A stretch of DNA of 48,637 nucleotides from Patescibacteria group bacterium (lineage in GTDB: Bacteria; Patescibacteriota; Patescibacteriia; UM-FILTER-42-10): contig JAHJEX010000045.1 in the NCBI GenBank assembly GCA_018825385.1, forward strand, positions 1 through 48,637. The letters run 5' to 3'. The translations under genes and the position numbers were made by a program. Below, piece after piece: positions 19,344-27,528 of the stretch. Position 1 is the first letter of the stretch; each line of letters starts with the position of its first letter. Below the pieces are notes generated by a model that worked only from the letters and a program-made list of their open reading frames with translations, was not told the origin of the DNA and did no database searches.

Positions 19344-19371
19344 ATTCTAACAGATTTTTGCAATAATGCAA
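19344..19371 (-). promoter_or_regulatory. Possible promoter TTGCAT-N16-TAGAAT for the RND gene
   Basis: Minus strand: TTGCAT (19366-19371), 16-nt spacer, TAGAAT (19344-19349). The transcript would begin with hairpin AAUGGCU-uua-AGCCAUU + U7 (about 19319-19342). Confidence 0.3.
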
Positions 19372-19383
19372 CATTTGCAATAA

Positions 19384-19424
19384 AAAAACCACTTAGGACA
19401 GTAAGTGGTGGGCGGATATGTCCG
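19384..19424 (-). terminator. Terminator of the GC-rich 201-aa gene
   Basis: Minus strand: GGCGGA-caua-UCCGCC, then CCACUUA-cugucc-UAAGUGG followed by UUUUUUU. Confidence 0.7.
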
Positions 19425-19425
19425 C

Positions 19426-20031
19426 CTAGGAGAATGCGATGCCGGTCGCGCGGACCTGCTCGGCAATCCTCTGTTGGAGAAAAGCGGAAAACCGCTGGTA
19501 GATGACTCCCAGTATGTATTTTTCAAGAGTATCGTGCCTTGTTCTGTTCTGAACGGCAAACTGTTCCAGCGCCATTTGGAAGCGGGCATATTCCAGCATC
19601 AGGATCGGGTTGCCCGGGGAGGTTTCGTGCCACTCTCTTCCGTGGCCGATTATAGCCCGGATCGGAGTATTGACGAACCAGTAACCCATTACGTCCTGAT
19701 TGGGTGCTGAGTTGAGGATGAAGTCCGAAATGTTTTTTTTCCCAACACGCCCTGCCAAGAAATTGCTGGATAGATCTCTAAGCTCAATATTGATGCCGCC
19801 AGCATCAACAGGTTTTTCGAACGGTCTCCGAATGCTGTAACTGACGCCCCATACATCGTTAGGTTGTCCCTTGTTACGAGCCATTACACAGATGGTAGTT
19901 TTTCTCGCATGACAAAACACTCTTGGGGAGTCGTCCCTGCCTAAATGCTCGTGCGCCACACGAATAAACAGGATCTTGGTCGACATCTCCAGCACATCAC
20001 TGGGTTCGAATCTACTTCTCTTCAGCATCAC
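19426..20031 (-). CDS. Hypothetical protein in a GC-rich, SD-led cassette (likely foreign origin)
   Basis: 201-aa ORF with balanced composition. GGAGGA lies 6-9 nt upstream of GTG/ATG. Sample 60-mers count about 50-62% GC. The overlapping alternative-frame ORFs look spurious. No motif recognised. Confidence 0.7.
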   Translation of the reverse strand: MMLKRSRFEPSDVLEMSTKILFIRVAHEHLGRDDSPRVFCHARKTTICVMARNKGQPNDVWGVSYSIRRPFEKPVDAGGINIELRDLSSNFLAGRVGKKNISDFILNSAPNQDVMGYWFVNTPIRAIIGHGREWHETSPGNPILMLEYARFQMALEQFAVQNRTRHDTLEKYILGVIYQRFSAFLQQRIAEQVRATGIAFS

Positions 20032-20049
20032 AGTTCCTCCAATCGCCTA

Positions 20050-20061
20050 TGGGCATGCCCA
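20050..20061. promoter_or_regulatory. Perfect 12-bp palindrome TGGGCATGCCCA next to the RBS of the GC-rich gene (operator-like)
   Basis: Read directly. It is too short-looped to be a stable hairpin, so protein binding is more plausible. Flanked by two CCAATCAG direct repeats (20059-20066, 20114-20121). Confidence 0.35.
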
Positions 20062-20130
20062 ATCAGCTATGGAAAAGTACAAAACTCTAAAAGCCATTCA
20101 ACCTATGGAGATTCCAATCAGTTGTGACTT

Positions 20131-20163
20131 TTCGAATAAACCATACACTGTCCTGTATGGTTT
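20131..20163 (-). terminator. Terminator of the 22.5-20.2 kb operon
   Basis: Perfect 10-bp stem AAACCAUACA-ggacag-UGUAUGGUUU followed by AUU. Located 43 nt after the stop at 20206. Confidence 0.6.
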
Positions 20164-20205
20164 ATGACTTTATTATATTTTGTTTACATTGTCAACAATA
20201 CAGTA

Positions 20206-20937
20206 CTACTGATGCACGTCCATCCAGTTTTCTTCCATTACTACCCGGTCAAAATGTTTTTGCAGTTGCGGTGACACCTTTACATCATGCTTCACCTTTT
20301 GTACCCCCCATTCAAACGCCTCTAGAAATAAATACGGCTGAATATGAAACTGTACGCGAGCGATTCCGGACTCAATATCAAATTTTAACAGCTCCGGAGG
20401 AGAAACAATAGCTCCGGTATAGCCTTTTTCCACCATAGCAAATGTCACGTTAAAGTTGCGCACTTTGCCAAGTTGATCCCGGCTCATTATTCTATTCTTG
20501 ATAAAAGATTTGGCAAACTCTCTAAACATCGGAGCGCTGTCCGCTTTCAGCCGCATATATAACTGAAAATTGTTGTGTTCTATTCCGTTGCGCAAAAGCC
20601 GTGCCGCCGCATATTCCAAAGGCCTTAGCCCCATATAGTTTCTATAAAACAGAATATAATCACTGTATTTAACATAGTCTTTTCCGCTGGAAAGCATCGT
20701 CATTTTTTTCACTGCAATATGCGCCAGAAGAATCGCTGAAAAATATGGCATCTGATGAATCGGCGGATTTGGAAAAGTTATCAGCTTTCCGGTCAAAAGT
20801 AAAATCTGCCGGCGCAATAAATACAGCGGCGAATACGAAATAGGCAGATCAGTGCCGGCCGAATACAGCTTGGCATATTCTTCCTCCCCTTTCGTCGGGT
20901 CGAAAAAATACAGCGCTAATTTTTCTTGCAAATCCAT
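20206..20937 (-). CDS. Hypothetical protein with an RNxxxH (HEPN / Abi_2-like) motif
   Basis: 243 aa containing AARLLRNGIEHNNF (R-x4-H with Asn after Arg, as in many HEPN RNases). No other recognisable motif. Confidence 0.4.
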   Translation of the reverse strand: MDLQEKLALYFFDPTKGEEEYAKLYSAGTDLPISYSPLYLLRRQILLLTGKLITFPNPPIHQMPYFSAILLAHIAVKKMTMLSSGKDYVKYSDYILFYRNYMGLRPLEYAAARLLRNGIEHNNFQLYMRLKADSAPMFREFAKSFIKNRIMSRDQLGKVRNFNVTFAMVEKGYTGAIVSPPELLKFDIESGIARVQFHIQPYLFLEAFEWGVQKVKHDVKVSPQLQKHFDRVVMEENWMDVHQ

Positions 20938-20940
20938 ATG

Positions 20941-21738
20941 TTAATCGTACCATAATTTATTATACGGATGAAATATTCTGTATCCCCTTTTTTTATTTAA
21001 CTCTTTTTCTATATAACTTTTTTTGACCTCAATGCCTTTGGCATTGAGTGGGGTCATGCCCTCATAAGCCCGTGTATCAAACCACCACACGCCTAAGTTC
21101 CTTTGATACATTGGTTGCTTTAGAATATCCGCATGAGTAGGAACACTGTACTCTAACATTCCCATTTCCTTGCTTGGTAGCAATTGCCATTTTTTAAAAA
21201 AATCCTTTGGGATTACTTCCAGAATAAACAAACATATTTTAACTGGTTTATTGTAACCGTATTTTTCCTTTACATAGTTTTTGAATTTTATATACGTTTT
21301 TCTGTTTGCTGGCTTATTAGGGGTAGTCCAACTCCATTTCTTTTCAATTGTACAATCCAAATTTCTATAGCCGGATAGAAACAGCTCATTCTTTTTTATT
21401 CCCGGAAACTGTTTTCGAATTAGGCCTAATACCAGCATATCCCACTGCACTACAACCACACTGTCCCACCTTAGCCTTCTGCCCTTCTTCATATACCATT
21501 CTAGAATCATCAAGTCACCATGAATCCATTTCCAGTTCTTTGGCTTATTGGAGTATGTGGATACATAGAAATTATTAAAATATTTTCCCAGCTTTTTTCT
21601 ATACTTTTCTTCATCCTTTTTACTCCCACCATAAAGACCAAATATCTTGATATTCGGATTATGTTTCCTTATCAGTTGCAATCTGTTTTCACAGATTTCA
21701 GGTTCTTTATAAAACCAGAATAGAACGGCTAGTTGCAT
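20941..21738 (-). CDS. Hypothetical protein (weak glycosyltransferase-like N-terminus)
   Basis: 265 aa, Trp/Lys/Tyr-rich. The N-terminal LAVLFWFYKEPEICENRLQLIRKHNPNIKIFGLYGG pattern resembles branching-type GT folds. The call is weak. Confidence 0.35.
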   Translation of the reverse strand: MQLAVLFWFYKEPEICENRLQLIRKHNPNIKIFGLYGGSKKDEEKYRKKLGKYFNNFYVSTYSNKPKNWKWIHGDLMILEWYMKKGRRLRWDSVVVVQWDMLVLGLIRKQFPGIKKNELFLSGYRNLDCTIEKKWSWTTPNKPANRKTYIKFKNYVKEKYGYNKPVKICLFILEVIPKDFFKKWQLLPSKEMGMLEYSVPTHADILKQPMYQRNLGVWWFDTRAYEGMTPLNAKGIEVKKSYIEKELNKKRGYRIFHPYNKLWYD

Positions 21739-21758
21739 GGTGGGTCATATTTTTTCAA

Positions 21759-22535
21759 TCAATTAGCTGCCTTAAAGTCATTAATATTTTCCATACAATC
21801 ATCTTTACTAAATTTTGAACCTTCATTGAAACTAAACATATCACAAAAAGTTAAATCATTTACCTCCCGACTTATTTCTTCCAAACAGCTATCTCTCATA
21901 ACATCGTTGCTTAGTGAATTATTGTAAATACTTAGAGCATCACAGACCAAAATTACAGCTTCGAAATCCACTGGTTCTGCTGACATTAATTCATCCAACC
22001 GGTCTAATTCATCTAGCAACTTTTGTTTAAGTAAATCGTTTGGATCATGTCCATTGAGTACTTCTTCTAAATCACTATGGTTATCATTATCTGTGTCTGA
22101 TTTAGTATCATCCGTTGAATAAAACTTTTCTAAAAATGCATTTAGGCCATCCTCATCCTTGTCGGTCTTTATTAAATCAGAATAATAATCATAAGCATCT
22201 CGGCTATAATTATTGCAGAATACCACATCATCTCCAGTAGGAGTTTTCGGAACAACATTATCACGCAAATCAGGATGAAAATAACTCACATCATCTGGAT
22301 ATTTATATAAGTAACAAAGTGATAGATCATTAAGATTGTTAAATTTTGTGTAGTCCAGGTTTTCCCTAACAGTATTTGTATCAGTTTCAGAATTTGTGAT
22401 ACTCACATTTATATTTTTACCAATTACTAAATCTTTTGATTCTTTATTGGAAATAATAAAATAGTACACTGCAGTCCCAACCCCAATGATTATGACAGCA
22501 ATTATTGCTACTAAAATAGCAGATTTAAATTTCAT
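21759..22535 (-). CDS. Membrane-anchored Asp-rich (calcium-binding-repeat-like) protein
   Basis: N-terminal TM. DxDxD-type stretches (KTDKDEDGLN, DTDNDNHSDLEEVLNGHDPND) reminiscent of TSP3/dockerin-like Ca-binding loops. Confidence 0.5.
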   Translation of the reverse strand: MKFKSAILVAIIAVIIIGVGTAVYYFIISNKESKDLVIGKNINVSITNSETDTNTVRENLDYTKFNNLNDLSLCYLYKYPDDVSYFHPDLRDNVVPKTPTGDDVVFCNNYSRDAYDYYSDLIKTDKDEDGLNAFLEKFYSTDDTKSDTDNDNHSDLEEVLNGHDPNDLLKQKLLDELDRLDELMSAEPVDFEAVILVCDALSIYNNSLSNDVMRDSCLEEISREVNDLTFCDMFSFNEGSKFSKDDCMENINDFKAAN

Positions 22536-22648
22536 ATTGAAGCATATTAATATTTAAAACTTAATTAAAGTATATCATAATTTTATAAAAAAAACTCTTT
22601 CGGGTTGGGAAAGAGTAGTGAGACATGGGGAAGGCATGAGTCGACTGA

Positions 22649-22693
22649 TCATTTCGGGTTCTTATAAGACCAGAATAAAACGGCTAGTTGCAT
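22649..22693 (-). pseudogene. Orphan duplicated 5' fragment of the 20941-21738 gene
   Basis: ATGCAACTAGCCGTTTTATTCTGGTCTTATAAGAACCCGAAATGA (MQLAVLFWSYKNPK*) versus the real gene start MQLAVLFWFYKEPE. The nucleotide similarity covers about 45-50 bp only. Confidence 0.7.
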
Positions 22694-22749
22694 ACCCATA
22701 TTATAACATTTGTCAGTAAAATAAAAAACTTTCGGCCTTTTGCAACCTT

Positions 22750-22777
22750 GGAGGGGAGACTAATCAGTCTCCCCTCC
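22750..22777. repeat. Perfect 12-bp-stem palindrome GGAGGGGAGACT-aatc-AGTCTCCCCTCC
   Basis: Read directly. Lies downstream of the DUF559 gene. Related in composition to the CCCCTCC palindromes elsewhere in the window. Confidence 0.8.
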
Positions 22778-22834
22778 GTTTTTAGAGTTCTAAAGTCACC
22801 TTGAATTTAATTCGTTTTGCAAAACATCATAAAA

Positions 22835-23233
22835 CTAATCTTCCCGCCCTAATGAGTAAAAGCGAGGGGAATCATAAGTAGATAGTCTATTTATAATTTC
22901 AACAATTACGCCTTCTATATTTTCACAAACATCTTTATTCGAAAATCTTACAATTCTATTCCCGAACTTACTGATCCACTTACTCCTTGTCCTATCATAC
23001 TTTATTGCTTTTTCTTCGTAATGCGAATCCCCATCTACTTCTATAATAAATCTATGCTTTGGGCAATAAAAATCCACAATGTAATTTCCAATACTTACCT
23101 GCCTTCTAAATTTATATCCTTTCAATCTCTTATTTCTCAAGCGCTCCCATAGGACTTGCTCCGGATAAGTCATGTTTTTACGCAAATATCTTCTTCTGCG
23201 TTTTATTTGTGATCTATTATAAATCTTTGTCAT
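22835..23233 (-). CDS. DUF559 (Vsr-fold) endonuclease-domain protein
   Basis: 132 aa with YPEQVLWERLRNKRLKGYKFRRQVSIGNYIVDFYCPKHRFIIEVDGDSH, the typical DUF559 core. Confidence 0.8.
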   Translation of the reverse strand: MTKIYNRSQIKRRRRYLRKNMTYPEQVLWERLRNKRLKGYKFRRQVSIGNYIVDFYCPKHRFIIEVDGDSHYEEKAIKYDRTRSKWISKFGNRIVRFSNKDVCENIEGVIVEIINRLSTYDSPRFYSLGRED

Positions 23234-23255
23234 AAATTTTAGGACCCCACCTTAG

Positions 23256-23400
23256 TCCTCCCCTTATTAAGGGGAGGAACCTTATGTTCCACTCTTTACG
23301 TAAAGCAAGACTAGCGAGCTCATCTTCCCCCCCTCTTACAAAAAGAATAGTTTTCGATTTCATATTCCCCTCCTTACAAAGGAGGGGCTAGGGGAGGTAG
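23256..23400. repeat. Cluster of palindromic modules (MITE/REP-like)
   Basis: TCCTCCCCTTA-t-TAAGGGGAGGA (23256-23278), GGAAC-cttat-GTTCC (23274-23290), CCCCTCCTT-aca-AAGGAGGGG (23367-23387). Confidence 0.75.
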
Positions 23401-23484
23401 AACAAAAATTTAAACATAAAAGCTCCCCGCGTGAGGAAGCCCAATATGCGTATATTAAGCTAACTGTACTTTAAAGTCAACTGC

Positions 23485-24054
23485 TTAATTCAAACTAATG
23501 CCAAGCTTTCTTAAATCCTTTCTTATTTCCTTGTAGTTTGGAAAGAATATATAAACCAAATCCCAAAACTTCTTTGAATGGTTCATCTCCTTTAAATGGC
23601 ACAACTCATGCACTATTATATAGTCTGCCGTTCGCAGTGGAAGATGAACTATTTTGTAATTAAAATTGAGGTTTCCTTTACTGGAGCAACTCCCCCACAT
23701 AGTTTTCTGATTCCTTATACTAATCCTGTTGTATTTGCATTTGTATGTTTCATTGAAATACTCTACCCGTTCAGTGGCCAGCTTGCGGGCAACTTCTTTA
23801 TACTTTCGGTAATCATCCTTGCCGTACCTTGTCCTTTTTTGTCCTTCGCGCTGTTTGAAAAGTGCCAGTTTCTTCAAAAGCCATTTGGACTTCTCTTTCA
23901 CAAACCGTTCCGCCACTTTTTCCCGAACAAAAAAGGGCATACTCACCACCACTGTTCCGTCGTGACTAACCGAAAGGCGCACGTTGCGCGCCTTTTTGCT
24001 TTTCTTCAGCGTATAGATCAGCGTTTCGTTTCCAATAGCTATTTGTTTTTGCAT
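23485..24054 (-). CDS. YgjP-like (DUF45/M48-like) zinc metallohydrolase
   Basis: 189 aa with C-terminal HELCHLKEMNHSKKFW (HExxH ... H.KFW) typical of the YgjP family. Confidence 0.8.
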   Translation of the reverse strand: MQKQIAIGNETLIYTLKKSKKARNVRLSVSHDGTVVVSMPFFVREKVAERFVKEKSKWLLKKLALFKQREGQKRTRYGKDDYRKYKEVARKLATERVEYFNETYKCKYNRISIRNQKTMWGSCSSKGNLNFNYKIVHLPLRTADYIIVHELCHLKEMNHSKKFWDLVYIFFPNYKEIRKDLRKLGISLN

Positions 24055-24056
24055 TA

Positions 24057-24482
24057 TTAGGATTTGTGATCCAAATATTTTATTAAATAGTGATGGATAG
24101 CCGGTGGTAATAATTCTATTTTCTTAATCTTCTTGACATTAAGCCAAGCGAATTTAATATGATCCTCTTGTGCTTTGATTTCTTCTGGACCCTTTATTTT
24201 TAAGAAAACTTCATGCACAAGATTTATTTCGTGATGTTCCTTACCACGCCATTTATAAGTATTTTCAAATAGTTTTAGGAAATTCATGGATTCTACTTCA
24301 ACTCCAGCTTCTTCTTTAATTTCTCTCTTTAAGCATTCCTCCAAAGTTTCACCAAACTCCAAATGTCCACCGGGCAAAAAATGAACTGGCACTTTATCAT
24401 TCGAACCACACATCAAAAGCTTATTATTGAAAACAATAATTGCTCTTAATACAATTTCAATATGTTTATGATTTTTTTCCAT
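24057..24482 (-). CDS. NUDIX hydrolase
   Basis: Complete Nudix box [24 protein letters not shown] (Gx5Ex7REUxEExGU). Confidence 0.9.
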   Translation of the reverse strand: MEKNHKHIEIVLRAIIVFNNKLLMCGSNDKVPVHFLPGGHLEFGETLEECLKREIKEEAGVEVESMNFLKLFENTYKWRGKEHHEINLVHEVFLKIKGPEEIKAQEDHIKFAWLNVKKIKKIELLPPAIHHYLIKYLDHKS

Positions 24483-24512
24483 ATCAGCATTATAGCACTA
24501 TATTGTATGAAT

Positions 24513-24541
24513 AAAAAAACTCCGTTTGATGTTCACGGAGT
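24513..24541 (-). terminator. Intrinsic terminator
   Basis: Minus strand ACUCCGU-gaacaucaa-ACGGAGU followed by UUUUUU. Lies after the 77-aa gene. Confidence 0.7.
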
Positions 24542-24573
24542 TTGATAAGAACCATTTTATATTCAGCAAATAA

Positions 24574-24807
24574 TTACCCACTAACTTTTGTCAAACCGCC
24601 ATCATAGTATAGAGATTGCTTACATTCTGGACAAACTACTATGATAGTTCTTTGGCTTCCAAGCCTATAGGGCAACAATTTGAAATCACCAGTGGAGGTA
24701 ATTATGAAATCACAACCACAGAAGCAGCGAATCTTACTACCAATCCATCCCGCAGGACTAGCGCGGTGATCTCTGCCTTTTTTCACTATTCTAGCCATTT
24801 TAATCAC
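24574..24807 (-). CDS. Small Cys-rich (zinc-ribbon-like) protein
   Basis: 77 aa with CFCGC ... CPEC cysteine pairs. No family recognised. Confidence 0.4.
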   Translation of the reverse strand: MIKMARIVKKGRDHRASPAGWIGSKIRCFCGCDFIITSTGDFKLLPYRLGSQRTIIVVCPECKQSLYYDGGLTKVSG

Positions 24808-24889
24808 CTCCTCTCAAAGAACGAGTTTTTGTTTTGTCTGCCACCTTATCACCATTATATTATCAAGTCAATATACCCACCAGGCAAAA

Positions 24890-25085
24890 ACCCCATTTCT
24901 GGGAAAAACAAACTGTCATTCTCGGGCTTGACCCGAGAATCTATGCCTGTTTATCCCCTCGACTATGGTTCTACTAGATCACCACTTACGCTCAGAAAAT
25001 ATTTCCTGAGCGAATCCCACCATGGCGGGATGAGTCGAAGGCTCCTTTGTAAATAGAAGCAGGCGATACGCCGGCGTATTGCCTG
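24890..25085. repeat. Mosaic of palindromic MITE-like modules
   Basis: ATTCTCGGG-cttga-CCCGAGAAT, CGCTCAG-aaaatatttc-CTGAGCG, GCAGGCGATACGCC-GGCGTATTGCCTGC. The same module types recur at 26.5, 29.3, 30.4, 32.9 and 48.2 kb. Confidence 0.75.
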
Positions 25086-25091
25086 CGCTTT

Positions 25092-26417
25092 TTATCCCCT
25101 TGCCTCTTTTATAAAATCACTTTGAAGCTTATTTACTTTCTTCTTCCCAAATTCCTTCAGTTCATCTGCATCACTTTGCGATCTGATTATAAATTCTCTG
25201 TTAAGTCCAACAACATCTTTATTCACCTCCAGTGCAGTATTGTTTATTCCGGTTAACTTTATTCCGGAAAGCGAACGCACTCTCGATAGAGCAACATACC
25301 CCATCCCCCGCTCAAAAGCCCGACTCAGATCTATCTCCGCCGTTTCCAAACTCATTCCCTGACTTTTATGAACACTAATCGCCCAGGCCAAGCGCAAAGG
25401 CACTTGCTCTACGCGCGCAATAGTTTCCCCCTCCTCCTCAATCCCCCAGCTTTCCGGTTCCGCTATTATCCGCTTGCCACTACTGGTCTCAATAATCGGC
25501 CAGCCTTCTTCCTTGCCAAAACCAACAACCTTGCCCAGCGTTCCGTTTACATATTCTTTGTTAAAATTGTTTTTGACAAACATAACCGAGGCTCCCAGCT
25601 TCAAAGTTATTTCCTCCGGTGCCAGACATCCTTTTTTCAAAGTTTCTACAACGTTTGGTGACCCTGTAGAATTCATTTCAAACTTCACCGGTTTACCAAT
25701 TAGTTTTGCCAATTCACGATTGTTTATCGCATCCACATCGGCATTGTGCGTATTCAGTTTTGTGGGAACTATTTCATCACCAATATCTACATTTAGTCGG
25801 GACATAAGAGTGCTTATCGTATCCGCTGTTACTTTGTCATCTCTAATATCATTCAATATCTTTGAAAACTCTTTGTCTGACTGCCTAAACTGTTCATCCA
25901 AATAACAAATCTTCAGATCCATTTCCTCCCAAACAGATGACTCCGTAGCAAACTTGTTTTCACCTTCATCAGAAGCTTTATTAATTGGTGGCAGTTGAAA
26001 GAAATCACCGGACAATATAATCTGCATCCCCCCAAACGGAATGTTCTGTTTCTTGCCCAATCGGCATATTTCATCCACCAGATCCAGCTGTCTGTGTCCT
26101 AACATAGATATCTCATCTATTATCAAAACTCTGGTACCGGCAATTCTCTTCTTGATGTGAGCTTTTCTCAGAACCTTCTTTATTTCAGGTTTAGTCATTT
26201 CTGAACTTATTCCCATCCCCGCCCAAGAATGAATAGTCCTGCCTTCCATATGGGTAGCCGCGATGCCGGTAGAAGCAGTAACACCCACCTCTACATTGCT
26301 TTTTCTCAAGTATTCTATATATTTGTTTAACAAAAAAGTTTTGCCACTCCCGGCAAATCCTGTTAGAAACACATTGTGTCCCATTTTCAATATATCCAGC
26401 GCGTCCGATTGCTTCAC
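25092..26417 (-). CDS. Pif1/RecD-like SF1 DNA helicase (AAA_30 + UvrD_C_2-like)
   Basis: Walker A GFAGSGKTF, Walker B LIIDEISML, C-terminal ISVHKSQGMSLE and YVALSRVRS. GTG start. Confidence 0.8.
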   Translation of the reverse strand: MKQSDALDILKMGHNVFLTGFAGSGKTFLLNKYIEYLRKSNVEVGVTASTGIAATHMEGRTIHSWAGMGISSEMTKPEIKKVLRKAHIKKRIAGTRVLIIDEISMLGHRQLDLVDEICRLGKKQNIPFGGMQIILSGDFFQLPPINKASDEGENKFATESSVWEEMDLKICYLDEQFRQSDKEFSKILNDIRDDKVTADTISTLMSRLNVDIGDEIVPTKLNTHNADVDAINNRELAKLIGKPVKFEMNSTGSPNVVETLKKGCLAPEEITLKLGASVMFVKNNFNKEYVNGTLGKVVGFGKEEGWPIIETSSGKRIIAEPESWGIEEEGETIARVEQVPLRLAWAISVHKSQGMSLETAEIDLSRAFERGMGYVALSRVRSLSGIKLTGINNTALEVNKDVVGLNREFIIRSQSDADELKEFGKKKVNKLQSDFIKEARG

Positions 26418-26504
26418 TTTTGTTTTTGAACTATCTATTTATATGCGTGAAGGTATTATAGCATTGGAAGGGTAAATAAAAAAATCTGTGATAATACAGA
26501 TATT

Positions 26505-26700
26505 TCCTGATTCAATCTAATAATTCAATATTTCCTGAGCGAAGCCAAAGGCGAAGTCGAAGGATGTGTGGGCAATCACGGAAAGAATAACAGTACCCAT
26601 TGCGAGGAATCCTACTTCAGTAGGACGATGACGCAATCTCGATACTCTTTTCAAGTAGGTGTTTTATTCCGCCCTCACACCAATGAGTCTATATAATGTT
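26505..26700. repeat. Mosaic of MITE-like modules
   Basis: tttcctgagcgaagc..gaagtcgaagg and cccattgcgaggaatcc. The inverse copies gggattcctcgcaatgggtgctg occur at about 33070 and ctcgcaatgggtgctg at about 29410. Confidence 0.7.
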
Positions 26701-26789
26701 TCTCTTTTTTTGCCCATTCAGGGTACAAAAAAACCGTTCTCTCGAGAGCGATGCTTTTTAATAAATCAATCTTTTCTTAAACTATATAT

Positions 26790-27524
26790 TCAAAATCTCT
26801 TTTCTATAAATTTTTTTTGATCTTCAATAAAAACTCCCGCATTTGCATCTTTCCAATTGAAATATTTAAATGTTTCAATTGCAACATCCAGAGAAAACTC
26901 CTTATATTGGGAAATTAAATCATCAGTCTTATATTGTTTTGTCATTTCTATAGGCTCAAATTTACAAGTATATGCCATTGATAGATGTCTCATAAACATA
27001 TTCCAAAAGAAGAGTGTCCTACCGCTGGTATTCCCGAGAGTAATGGAAATTTCAATTTCATCAGAGTATTCTACTTTTTCTGCAATTCGTGATGCAAAAA
27101 GATAAATTTCAGTAAATGAATACAAGCCATTAATGATTTCAAAGAATCTATCGCCAAGTCTTACAGGATCAGAAAGTCTAAACTCCCTCTTAATTTCCAT
27201 AATTTTTTCATTTTTTATTTCAAGGTCTTCTCTTATACAAAAATAATGTGTGAACTGAGCACTTTGGTCTAACTCCCAATATTCAATTTTTCCACCTTCT
27301 GGCCAATTTGAAAATGACGCAACACTACTTGTACTGCTTCTAAATATCCCCTCCTGAGAATCAACGTGCGGATAATCCCAGCCGCGTAATCTAACTTGAT
27401 TGTCTTTAATCAACTTCTCGCATTCTTCGAGACTATTGATTCGTGTTTTCTTATATTCACCAGGGCGAATTACAACCCTCCAGTATCCATGTTTTCTTAT
27501 TTTTTCTAGTAGTTCTTCTTTCAT
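26790..27524 (-). CDS. Hypothetical 244-aa protein, translationally coupled to the AlbA_2-like gene
   Basis: Start moved to the ATG at 27522-27524 (MKEELLEKIRKHGYWRVVIRP...), 4 nt after the upstream TAA at 27529-27531. No motif recognised. Confidence 0.6.
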   Translation of the reverse strand: MKEELLEKIRKHGYWRVVIRPGEYKKTRINSLEECEKLIKDNQVRLRGWDYPHVDSQEGIFRSSTSSVASFSNWPEGGKIEYWELDQSAQFTHYFCIREDLEIKNEKIMEIKREFRLSDPVRLGDRFFEIINGLYSFTEIYLFASRIAEKVEYSDEIEISITLGNTSGRTLFFWNMFMRHLSMAYTCKFEPIEMTKQYKTDDLISQYKEFSLDVAIETFKYFNWKDANAGVFIEDQKKFIEKRF

Positions 27525-27528
27525 AAAA

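Noticed and set aside
19347-19710. ORFs 19347-19589 (-) and 19405-19710 (+), and also 19945-20411 (+)
   Set aside because: They are off-frame or antisense to the SD-led 201-aa ORF, or they span terminators and intergenic DNA. Their composition is implausible.
20001-20015. GGTTCGAATC, a tRNA T-loop-like string
   Set aside because: The flanking bases do not form a T-stem or acceptor stem. It lies inside the N-terminal coding region of the 201-aa ORF.
23274-23290. GGAAC-cttat-GTTCC upstream of the DUF559 gene as a Gram-positive-type LexA box
   Set aside because: The spacing is N5, not the N4 of CGAAC-N4-GTTCG. The element is part of the palindromic repeat cluster.
23596-24060. 154-aa plus-strand ORF
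   Set aside because: It is exactly antisense to the YgjP-like gene, which has a clear HExxH motif.
24616-25056. 146-aa plus-strand ORF
   Set aside because: It is antisense to the 77-aa Cys-rich gene and then runs through repeat modules.
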